Source of the DNA: Vitrella brassicaformis CCMP3155
Taxonomy: Eukaryota > Protista > Chromerida
Direction of reading: 5' to 3'
NCBI GenBank assembly: GCA_001179505.1
Contig: CDMY01000735.1
Coordinates: 1 to 26,135 of the forward strand
Length of the DNA: 26,135 nucleotides
In this document: positions 1 to 9,514 of the stretch, in pieces
How positions within the stretch are numbered: the stretch's first letter is position 1
Layout: each line of letters begins with the position of its first letter
Notes under the pieces: generated by a model
The model's database searches: none
What the model was told of the DNA's origin: nothing
The model's input: only the letters and a program-made list of their open reading frames with translations
Made by a program: the position numbers and the translations under genes

Positions 1-148
1 GTTAGGGTGCCTGTTTCATGTTGGACAGACCGACAGGGGACTTGGCCGTCAGGCCACCTAGGGTGCTCCCTGAAACCGCTGCGAATGACCACTGCGCAGA
101 AGAGAGAAAAAAGGAAAAGAGGAGGTGGCAGGCGTCAGAAGTGAGCCA

Positions 149-1208
149 ATGGAGAGCCGTGAAGACATCCGCAAGTATCTCGATGCACAAGCAAACACTG
201 CCAACACGCCCCTCAGCAGCCGTGCATTTGCCGAGCACATGGACGCAATCGACCCCATTCGCGACGGGCGCACGCAGTTCTTTGTGCCAAGCATGAAAGA
301 TCTCGGCGTGCGCGACACTGACAGTGGTGATGCAGATGGTGAGTGCGTGTACCTCTGCGGCAACTCGCTCGGCCTGCAGCCGAGGGCTGCTCGGGCTCTG
401 GTGAATGAGGAGCTCGACAAATGGTCGAAGAAAGGCGTCAACGGGTAAGGAAAAGGCAGTCAGGTCACAGAATTCACTGCAGTGTGTGTTGTGGTGATGC
501 CGATGCTTGCTTACAGGCATTTTGAGGGCGAGCGTCCGTGGGTGTCGATTGACGACAATGTGACGCCGCTCGTCGCCGAGATTGTGGGTGCGCTGCCGCA
601 TGAGGTGGCTGTCATGAACAGGTGGGTAGTGGGTGGGTGACGGCAGGCGCCATCCATCGATCATCATCTTCTTCTCCTCTGTGTTGTTGTGGTTTGTGTG
701 GTCAGCTTGACGGTCAACCTTCAGCTGATCATGACGACCTTCTACGAGCCGACGCAGGAGAGGCACAAGGTGCTCATGGAGGCGCAGGTGAGTGAGCTGT
801 TCTGTCCGTCCGCATCTCTCTCTCCCCCTTACCCAATCTCACCCGTGTGACCCATTCAGGCATTCGGGTCAGACTGGCACGCTGTCGCCTCTCATGTACT
901 CATACGCGAGCACATCGACGTCCATCCATCCATCCATCCATCCATGTGTTCCCTTGCACAGGTGGAGCTCAACGGCTACGATCCACACGAGTCCATCATG
1001 TCGCCCGAGATGGACAAGGACGGCCTGCACACCACGGCGGCGTGGCTGTCGCTGCTCGACAGGGAGGGCGAGAGCATCTCTGTGGTGCTCATCGGGGCGG
1101 TGCAGTACCTCACCGGCCAGTTTTTCGACGACATTCCAACCATCACTCAGAAGGCGCATGAAAAGGGGTGAGGGAGTGGTGGATGCGACGTCTTTTTATC
1201 GGGCTCAT

Positions 1209-1244
<36 letters not shown>

Positions 1245-1263
1245 CGTGTGTGTGTGTGTGTGT

Positions 1264-1294
<31 letters not shown>

Positions 1295-2440
1295 GCTTGT
1301 GTGCAGCGTCCGGGTGTTGCTGGACTGTGCGCATGCCGTGGGCAATGTGCCGCTGTGTCTGCACGACTGGCAGGTCGACGCGGCCATCTGGTGCCATTAC
1401 AAGTACTGCAACGCTGGTACTACTACACACCTGTCAAACACACTCACACACACACAGCCAACACACACAGAAAGCCAACACACACATGGCCCATCCCTTT
1501 TGTGGAATGCAAAGGTCCTGGTGCGATTGGCGGCTACTTCATCCACGAGAAGCACACCAACTCAGACACGGTGGCTGCTGCTTCTTTTGTCAACGGCCAC
1601 CAGCGCAACAAAGGCGACAGCAAGATCTTCCAGCCGAGACGACTTGCAGGTGAGGTGCGCCAAGAGAGGTGTGTGTGGTGGACGTCATGTGTGTGTGTGT
1701 GTGCGCGTGTGGTTGTGGGTGCGTAAAGGTTGGTGGGGCGCCGATCTGTCAACGCGCTTCTCGATGAGACACGAGTTCATCTCAGCGACCGGTGCGGCCG
1801 GTTTCCGGCTGTCCAACCCTCCCGTCCTCGAGACTGTGGCGCTGCTCGCGAGCCTCCGCATTCACACACAATACGGAATGCAGGTGAGCGAGAGAGAGAG
1901 AGAGAGAGAGACATATGGATGCGATGCCTGCCATGGGTGTGTGGTGGTTGGTCGATTCGGTCAGGCTCTGCGTGGCAAGTCTCTGTTGCTGACGGGGTAC
2001 CTCGAGCACCTGCTCGAGACGATGCTCCAAGTAGATAACAGCCGCACAGCACACCGACCCACGCTCTCAGCTCATGGACAGGACAGCCATTGATCTGTGT
2101 GTGTGTGTGTGTGTGTCAGTCGCACGTACACATCCTGACGCCGCGTGAGCCCAATCGCCGTGGCTGCCAGCTGTCATTGGCCTTCCCATCACTGCCGCCG
2201 TCAACGCCTTTTGAACGGCTCTTCAAGACACTCGCTGACAAGGGTACACCCACACTACACACCACACACCCTTCAAACCTATGGATTGTGTGTGTGTGTG
2301 TGTGGTTAGGTGTGGTGGTGGACCATCGTGAGCCGAATGTGATCCGGGTGGCGCCCACGCCACTGTACAACTCGTTCGCTGACGTGTGGAGGTTTGTCGA
2401 TATTCTCGCGCAGGCGTTGGGGGTGCAGTGCGAGCAGTGA
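149..2440 (+). CDS. KYNU: Kynureninase (PLP-dependent L-kynurenine hydrolase), multi-exon
   Basis: Spliced exons give family motifs in order: [96 protein letters not shown] (PLP Lys codon 1401-1403), LAGWWG, GFRLSNPP, RGKSLLLTGYLE, ILTPREPNRRGCQLSL, DHREPNVIRVAPTPLYNSFADV. ATG at 149, TGA ends 2440. Confidence 0.96.
1209..1293. repeat. Compound (TC)n(TG)n intronic microsatellite
   Basis: Direct reading; lies just upstream of a CAG acceptor in KYNU. Representative of many similar tracts. Confidence 0.95.
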
Positions 2441-2808
2441 GTGAGTGAGTGAGGTGCATTTCCGTGTGTGTGCGCTCGTTAAAGACCTTTGTGCTGCGCT
2501 GTGCTGCGCGTGACTTGCAATTGTGAGGATAAAGGCTTGACTGAAGGAAGCATGGATGGGCACAGGAATGGACATGTACACACCTGGAGTCCTCAGGCAG
2601 AGCTGTCTTGACACTCACGCGAACACGCAAAGACACTCAGACCCTCCGTCTCGCTCTCTCCCCCTTCTCAACTGTCTGTCACCGAATTGCCCAAACCACT
2701 CGCCACTCACCGCACACACACGAGATCAGGCGAATTACCGCCTTCAAGGCGTCCGTCCCATGACAGGTTCCACCCACCCCCTGTGTGCTGTGCTGTGCTG
2801 TGCTGTCC

Positions 2809-4886
2809 TCATCGTTTGCCGTGTGTGTGAGCGGTGAGGAAGTAGAGCCGGTAGGTGAGGAAGAGGGTCGCCTGGGCCGCACACAGCAGCCCCATCAGCA
2901 GGTACCGAAATCGCGGCAGCGACACCGTCAGATCCCTGATAGATAGCCACACAGAGGGAGGGAGGGAGGGGGGGAGGATGTGCGTGTGTGCTGTCCTGGG
3001 GTCGGTCCGTCAATCTCTCTAACGTACGTACGTGTAGAGGTTGATGCAGATGAACGAGATGGAGATGGCCATGCCGACGGACACGGCAACCCACTTGAGC
3101 CACTGCACCACACAGACAGACACACACACAGACGCCACACTCGCTCCGTGACCCAGTCGTTGCATCGCTGTCTCTCCGGTCGGCCTGCTCACTGACCTCG
3201 AGTGGTGCGATGCAGATGAGAGAGACGGGGATAAACACGAACAGCGAGTACCCATACACGCAGATCAACTGACAGGCGCAACCCAACGCAACCCAACGCA
3301 CAGACAGATGCGATCAGATGGGATGGGCGCAAATCAAATGCCTCCCTCCCTCCCTCCCTGGCCGCCTCCCTCTCACTCATTCACTCACTTGTCTGAAGTT
3401 GATGGAGTCTGATCCCGAGCCCGTGAAGTAGAGCAGCAGCCGAGACACCAATGGCACGCCGAACAAAAAACCGTACACCTGGTTGACCACACGACACACG
3501 CACACACCCCACAATGAACGACTGAATGACAGACACCTTGTTTGTGCGGTGCGTGTGTCTGTGTGGTGTGTGTGTGCATTTGTGTGTGCCGTGCCGCCAA
3601 CACAACCAACGCACCACTGTTGCCGCGACGGTGAAGAAGACAAAGTCCGTCGACTTCATCTGCTACATCAGACACACACACACCATTTATTCTTACTTAT
3701 GTGGTCGGTCGGTCGAGTGAGTGAGTGAGTGGGTGGTGTCCGCGCTTATCTGCGTAAGTGCGTAAGTACCTTCTGTTCGATGAACAGGGCGTAGTTGCCT
3801 GTGGCCGCGAGGAATATGATGACCGTCGTGGCGATCCAGAAAGGGCCATAACTGAATGACACACACACACACACACACACGCACACACACAGAGAGAGAG
3901 AGAGAGAGTGTCCGTTCTTCGGTTGATCAGGAGTGTGTCCTCTGCTGTTTGTTTGCTCGCTCACAAGTCAGGGTTGGTTCTGAAGTCCGACTCGCCGCCA
4001 CTCGACACAGACTTGAACGGTACCGTGGCCAGCATGATGCGCTGCGGACAACAACCAACACAGAAAACTCGCATTCATTCATTCGCCCTGGACTGCCTCG
4101 CGAGACTCACTCACCTTGACCACATCTGCCGTCGTGACATCGAAGAACTGCTGCATCCAACTGGTGCGCACACACACACGCACAACACACACATGTACAC
4201 AATGCATTCAGTCAGTCCTGCTGTCGAATTTGTTTGTTTATGTGTGCGAGTGAGTGCTTACGCGAGGTCAGGGCAGCACCGGAGTGCCCGCACGTCCCGC
4301 CCCCCCGTCAGCGACACTGTGGGTGCCTCAGACCGGCCACCCGGCTCGCTGGTGAAGCTGTCCATCCTACCCTGCCAGCCACACACACACAGAAACCGTC
4401 ACTCGTTCGCTCTCTGAAGAGGTATCAGTTCTCTGCAGCAGAGGACACAGATGCGTACCTCGATAGCCGTCTGCTGCGACGGTTTCTGCGCCCCCTTTGA
4501 CATGTCCATCATGCCGCCCCGCGAGGCGCCTGTGGCGGGGCCGTCGAGGCTGCCCGTCAGCGGCCGGCTCTGGCTGTTGAGATCCAAATCCTACACCATC
4601 CATAGTAATGATGCCGTCAGCTGTGTACCGACACGCACTCCCTCTCTCTGTCCTCGCGTGTGTGAGCTTCTGTTGGTGCCTGGCTGACCTCAAAGTTGAC
4701 TTGGTAGACGTCGCCCGAGTTGAGAGCGCCGGCTCCTCCCCTGCTGCTGCCGGGCGGCTGGTGCGCCTCGGTCTCCATGGCGGGTTTGTCCCAGGTGGTG
4801 ACGTTGGTGACAGCATTGTGGTAGTAGGGCTTGCCGTCGTCGGTCATGTACATGGTCCAGTTCGGGGGGAGCCCTTCTGTCGACAT
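2809..4886 (-). CDS. Yip1-domain (YIPF1/YIPF2-like) multi-pass membrane protein with N-terminal WW domain, multi-exon
   Basis: First exon MSTEGLPPNWTMYMTDDGKPYYHNAVTNVTTWDKP is a canonical WW domain. Downstream exons give WMQQFFDVTTADVVK, NPD(L/F)YGPFWIATTVIIFLAATGNY, VYGFLFGVPLVSRLLLY, LICVYGYSLFVFIPVSLICIAP, WLKWVAVSVGMAISISFI, LLCAAQATLFLTYRLYFL, matching Yip1-family motifs. Stop TGA at 2811-2809. The start could lie further upstream (5108). Confidence 0.88.
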
Positions 4887-5167
4887 CCTGCCGCCCGATG
4901 TGTGTGTGCTGACCCGAGTGACTGACGCGCTGCCGGCGTATGTTTTGAAACAGGCAGATCTGACAAGCCTCGAAGCTGCTGTGGTGTCACTGCCCTGCAG
5001 GACCACCAGAACCACGATGCCGACGGAGAGAAAGGCGAGCTTGAAAACCTCCACTTTGTGAGCTCGCAGATTTAAGTAACGCCTCAGTTTCCCTCTTGGC
5101 ATCGGCATAACCCCGCGCGCGCAACCCCTCTGACCCTTCGACGTCTGTCTGCTGATCTCCCGTCGCG
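4887..5167. promoter_or_regulatory. Putative bidirectional promoter between WW-Yip1 and SRPBCC genes
   Basis: Divergent starts at 4886 (-) and 5168 (+), ~280 bp apart (less if the Yip1 gene starts at 5108). Confidence 0.4.
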
Positions 5168-6490
5168 ATGGCTCACAGCTGCTCCGAGTCGGCCGGTGAA
5201 CGCACACACCACACACAGGCAGGGCAGGGCAGGGCAGGGGAGAAGCAGGGGAGAGGCAGATCTGCATCAGGCAGGGCAGGGCAGCAACCGGGGAGTGGGA
5301 ACGGGCAAGGAGGAAAGGCGGCGAAATGCATATGCATGTGTGTGTCGCATGTGCCACGTGTGTGGTTGTCGCGGTGAGGGAGATGGGGCGTGTGGTGAGG
5401 GGTATGGGGTGCTTGTGACAGACAGAGGGGCGGCAGACCGGTTGTGTGCTCACATGCGCTCGTTCAGGCAGTCGTGTCTCTCTCACGCTGATGGGCTCTC
5501 TCCTTGTGTGTGTGTGTGTGTGCTTGTGTGCTGTGTGTGGTGTGCAGTGTTCTCGATGCCTGCCGAGAAGTGCTGGCAGATGATCCGCGACTTCGACTTC
5601 CCAGGTACCACCATCACCTGCCCCTTCCACTGACCACCATGCACACACTTGGGAGTGTGTCTGTGTGTGCGTGCGTGTGTGTGTGTGTGTGTCAGCCAAG
5701 TACATCGGCACGGTCGAGAAGGTGGACATCCTCGAGAAGGCCGGCCTGACCTGCGGTACCCACACTCGTTGACATACCACAGGCGCACACAGAGAGGGGG
5801 GGGAGGGGTCAGAAACCATGGATCTGCGTTCACTTGTGTGTGGGTGTGTGGTGGGTGCGGTGCGGTGCAGTTGGTGCGGTCCGCGCCGTGACGTGGAAGA
5901 CCAAGGAAGTCGAGAAGCACCGGTGCGTGGACACGGCCACACGCAGGTATCTGTGTGTATGGTTCTGTCTGTGTGTGTGTGAGTTCAGTCTGCTGGCGAT
6001 CGATGACCTGGAGCGCAAGATCTGCTGGGAGGTACGTGCAATTGACACACAGACACAAACATATGGATGGATGGATGGATGGATGGATGGATGGTCTGTG
6101 TGTGTCTGTGTGGATGGATGGGTGCAGTTGGTGGAAGCCGAGCCCCCTGCAGAGGTCAACAAGCCACACCCCACACACAGCACACACACACCCTCTTCAT
6201 TCATTCGGCAACCAATGGTGTCTGTCCTCGTTGGTGTGTGTGTGTGTGTGTGTCAGATCACTGGCCGCATCAGCACGGTGAAGGTGGACCGCATCACGGA
6301 GAACAACAGCTGCCTCGTCACATGGAGCTGCGAGTTCGCCGCCGACGTCAAGCCAGACCTCCTCAAGTTCACGCAGAAGTCGCTCAAGGTACGTCCTTCT
6401 GTCTGCCGCCACCATCACACACGCGCCAACACTTGTGCCTCGTGTGTGGTGCAGGAGGACTTGGTGGAGATGAAGGGCAAGATGAAGTAG
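5168..6490 (+). CDS. Small SRPBCC/START (Bet v1-like, polyketide cyclase/dehydrase-type) domain protein, multi-exon
   Basis: Eight GT-AG-joined exons give MAHSCSESAVFSMPAEKCWQMIRDFDFPAKYIGTVEKVDILEKAGLTCVGAVRAVTWKTKEVEKHRLLAIDDLERKICWELVEAEPPAEITGRISTVKVDRITENNSCLVTWSCEFAADVKPDLLKFTQKSLKEDLVEMKGKMK*. The P..K.W...RDF, VGAVR.V, (E/H)RL..ID...R...W and C-terminal helix pattern is typical of the helix-grip fold. Confidence 0.8.
5222..5240 (+). repeat. (GGGCA)n repeat with canonical G-quadruplex motif in first intron of the SRPBCC gene
   Basis: GGG-CA-GGG-CA-GGG-CA-GGGG read directly. Confidence 0.6.
6063..6094. repeat. (ATGG)8 intronic microsatellite
   Basis: Direct reading. Confidence 0.95.
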
Positions 6491-6949
6491 ACGATGCCGA
6501 CACACGCACACACTCACACACCGACTGACACCCCTCTACCCCTCTGTATTTTCGTAGCTGACGCATGCACCTCCGCTGTTTGTTTGTGTGTTTGGGTGGG
6601 CGGGCGGGGCGGATGAGTGCGCGTGTCTTGCGTGTGGGGGGGCTGCATGGTCGCCTGGTGGATGGACGCCTTACGTCGTGTTGTGTTGCGTTGTGGGTAA
6701 GGAGAGACGACAAGAACAGAGAAAGGGGGTATTTATCCATGTGTGTATGACTGGCTGGCTGACTGACTGACTAGATCTCTCGACGCCCGTTCGTATGTCA
6801 TGTCGTGTCGTGTTTGTTGGCCTGTCCGTCGAGCAATCCTCGGTAGATTTGCCTCTGGACACCCTACACGGAGATTGTCCCATCTCAGTCTCACGTGTTC
6901 GGTGTGCGGGGGGCAGCACACGAGGGATTGTAAAACGGACCGCCACACA

Positions 6950-6963
6950 CTCTCTCTCTCTCT

Positions 6964-6993
<30 letters not shown>
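6950..6993. repeat. (CT)n-(CA)n-(GA)n self-complementary compound microsatellite
   Basis: A CT run and a GA run flank a CA run, so the arms are reverse complements. Confidence 0.85.
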
Positions 6994-6994
<1 letters not shown>

Positions 6995-7038
6995 GCGTAC
7001 CAACAACCGTCCTTTTACGTGGTTCTCGCTTGCGCAGC

Positions 7039-7184
7039 TGAGTGGGTGGGTGAGCATGTTGTGTGACCGGTAACTTCTCGTCGGCGAAGGTATCGCATCT
7101 GTCTGCACTGGCAGGACAGGTGCGTTGCCGTCGCCGAGGCGGAGAAACCGGTCACACAACACAGACACGACACCTGCCCACTCA
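7039..7184 (+). ncRNA. Candidate structured ncRNA: long imperfect stem-loop (pre-miRNA-like or other), family unknown
   Basis: Base-by-base pairing: 7039-7052 with 7171-7184, perfect 15-bp 7057-7071 with 7147-7161, 7075-7079 with 7142-7146, 7081-7087 with 7131-7137, 7089-7106 with 7111-7129 around an ACTG loop. Four G.U pairs on the + strand. Transcription not shown. Confidence 0.45.
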
Positions 7185-9470
7185 AAGACAGAGAGAGATA
7201 GTGAGAGGTAGACAGACAGTGCCCCTCTGGATGGATGGCTGGCTATATTCGCGGTTTTTGTATTTTTCCGTAGCCCCCGCACACAGGCACGCCCCCACAA
7301 CCCCTGCAAGTTCATCGGATACGTCGGCTACGTACGTTTTTCGCTCTGTAGGTGTGCACACGTGTCCGCATGCCCGTCGGTGTGTTTGGTGGCTGGCTGT
7401 GTGGAGGGAGGTGCATGCTATTCTTTTTCTGTAGTTGTGTGTGCGTCGGATTACTAAGACGGCAAAATAGGGCAAGAGAGAGAGCAGCGGAGCAGCGGTT
7501 CGCACGTACGTAGCGGAGTGGACGGGTGAGTGATTAGCAGGGAGGCGTTTGTTAGTACTTATTAAGACTCTTCCCGCGGACAAAGAGACTGATTAGTCAA
7601 TGAAGAGGTTCATCGTTTGATAGATCAAAGCTCGGCACACGTGCAGGACAGGGAGAAAGTGCATCGTCGTGTCGGTCTAAGACTTGCAAAAGTGTTCATG
7701 TCTTTCTCCTCTGCTTTCGTCTGGGAGATGCCGGTTGGGCGGGCTGCGGAAGGACAAGTCACGCATTGTGAAGGCATCATGGACGACGATGTATCCTTGA
7801 GATGCCATGATCGCATCCACCCGCCCTCCGTTGGAGGAAGAGAAAAAGAAATCGTCGAGACGGGCGAGAATTGGAGGAGACGGGGGTCAGGAGGAAACCA
7901 GAATCCGCCACGTCCTCCCGCGAGCAGCTGCAGCGTCCAGTCTGCCCAAACAATTCGGTCTGCTGAAATTGGTGTGCGGTTGGACTGCAAAATCGATGAA
8001 AAAATGGCCACTTCTGGACACCAAACTAGCTGGACACTCCTGGCGTGTATGGAGCTTTGCAGAGGTCGCCAACACCGATAGCCTCATTCAGGTGAATTCA
8101 AGCAAGCTTGGACCGTAGTGATGAATTCAGACCAATTTTGGCTCAGACGATGCCGCACCAGAGAATGTGGAAGAGCACAGGAGCACAGGAGCACGCCAAG
8201 GGAGCCGACGGGGGAAATAGAAGGCACGGTAAAAGATGCAGATGATCCCGCATCTTTCCTGCTCCTCGCTAAGATGTCCATCATCTAGTAAGAAGAGACA
8301 CAACAGGCGCAGCCGCATTCCCTTTGTCTATTTGTGATCGTGGCGATGCTCTGGGTGCATCTCAGCGGGCTGGACGGGATGGACGAGGCGGCTGTGAAGC
8401 TTGCACAAAAATACGCTGAAAAAATGCATCGATCTCTGCAACCAGGTGAGAAAAAGAGAGGAAAAGCAGTGGATCCACCTGGCCCTCACCAAGAACAAGA
8501 ACGTAAGCACACACATCGTGGCCACCGGTGACTGTTTGCTTTTCTTGCTACTTCTTCTGTCAGATCCACCGTCTATGTACATCATGCTGGCTGGCCTTCA
8601 CTGTCTTGAGCAGTACAATTTCGCCGTGGGACTTTCGTGTACAAACAAGGAAGAACAGCGATGTCTCTGGTCCGTGTTTGTATGCGTGTATGCTTGTGTG
8701 GGATGGAATACACATCAGATGCACAGAAAGGATGGCTCGCTGCCGTCGGTCGTGTTTTATTGAAAGTGAGGAGCCATGTCATCAGAGCTCAAAGCCTGGG
8801 CACCGTTGGCAGTGAAAGGTGATGGCGATGACGGGCAGACACAACGAGCTTTCACACATGGTTTTGCATGGGATGCAGGCAAAGCGACCTAGAAGCCGAG
8901 GGAGTCTGGCGAATTATGGAAGAAGACATGGACGAGGGGCTTGATTTTACAGAAGGTGAGTGACGGATCATGGGGAAAACAAAGAGGAAAGTTGCTGTGT
9001 CTCTCAGGGCTAATAGCGGCACTGCCTGCACTCATGGCGGATTTCTGGAGCTTCTTGGGGGCGGGGGATAGACCTGCAGAGACCGAAAGGTAGACCACCG
9101 AAGCGTCGATTTGTCATACTAATCTCTGACCTCAACCTTTTTCCTGTGTCGGCAGGAAAGCCGGCCTGACGGAGTGATGTCAAGCTGGCAAAATACCTAT
9201 CGGCGGAGAACACATGGGACCCCAGCCCTGAAGTGGTCAGGAGAAAGGCAACCACTTTATGCGCATCTGTCTATCTACCGCTTCCATTCAGAAGGCGCTA
9301 CTACGACTCCTAAGAACATACGTGGAGCTTTACATCATGTAATAACCAACATGTAGTCTTGTATATCTGGAAGTGTCCTTGTCTCTCCAGAAACAACGTC
9401 GACGAGCGTGATGAGGCTGTCACCATCCTCCAAAGAAGCCATCTGAAGCAGTAAGGAGAGCAGGGGGGCT

Positions 9471-9514
9471 CCCTCGTCCTTCACAAGCGTCGCCCTCGTC
9501 CTTCACAAGCGTCG
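9471..9514. repeat. Exact 22-bp tandem duplication
   Basis: CCCTCGTCCTTCACAAGCGTCG occurs at 9471-9492 and 9493-9514. Confidence 0.95.

Noticed and set aside
1-8. TTAGGG telomeric motif at the window start
   Set aside because: Single hexamer, expected by chance.
792-2093. Long six-frame ORFs (e.g. 792-2093, 4617-5942, 16486-17424) as single-exon genes
   Set aside because: They run through intronic microsatellites (VCVC/HTHT text) and only contain pieces of real exons; spliced models explain the homology.
5168-6490. SRPBCC protein as a PYR/PYL abscisic-acid receptor
   Set aside because: Same fold family, but the SGLPA gate and the correctly placed HRL latch of PYLs are absent; the HRL present corresponds to the E-R-L strand.
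7039-7184. Hairpin as a SECIS element, SRP RNA, snoRNA or MITE
   Set aside because: No GA/GA quartet (the TGAC pairs Watson-Crick), no helix-8 GNRA motif, no C/D or H/ACA boxes, and no target-site duplication seen. No in-frame UGA in the upstream gene.
9471-9514. CRISPR-like array from short direct repeats
   Set aside because: Only two adjacent copies without spacers, in a eukaryotic context with no cas genes.
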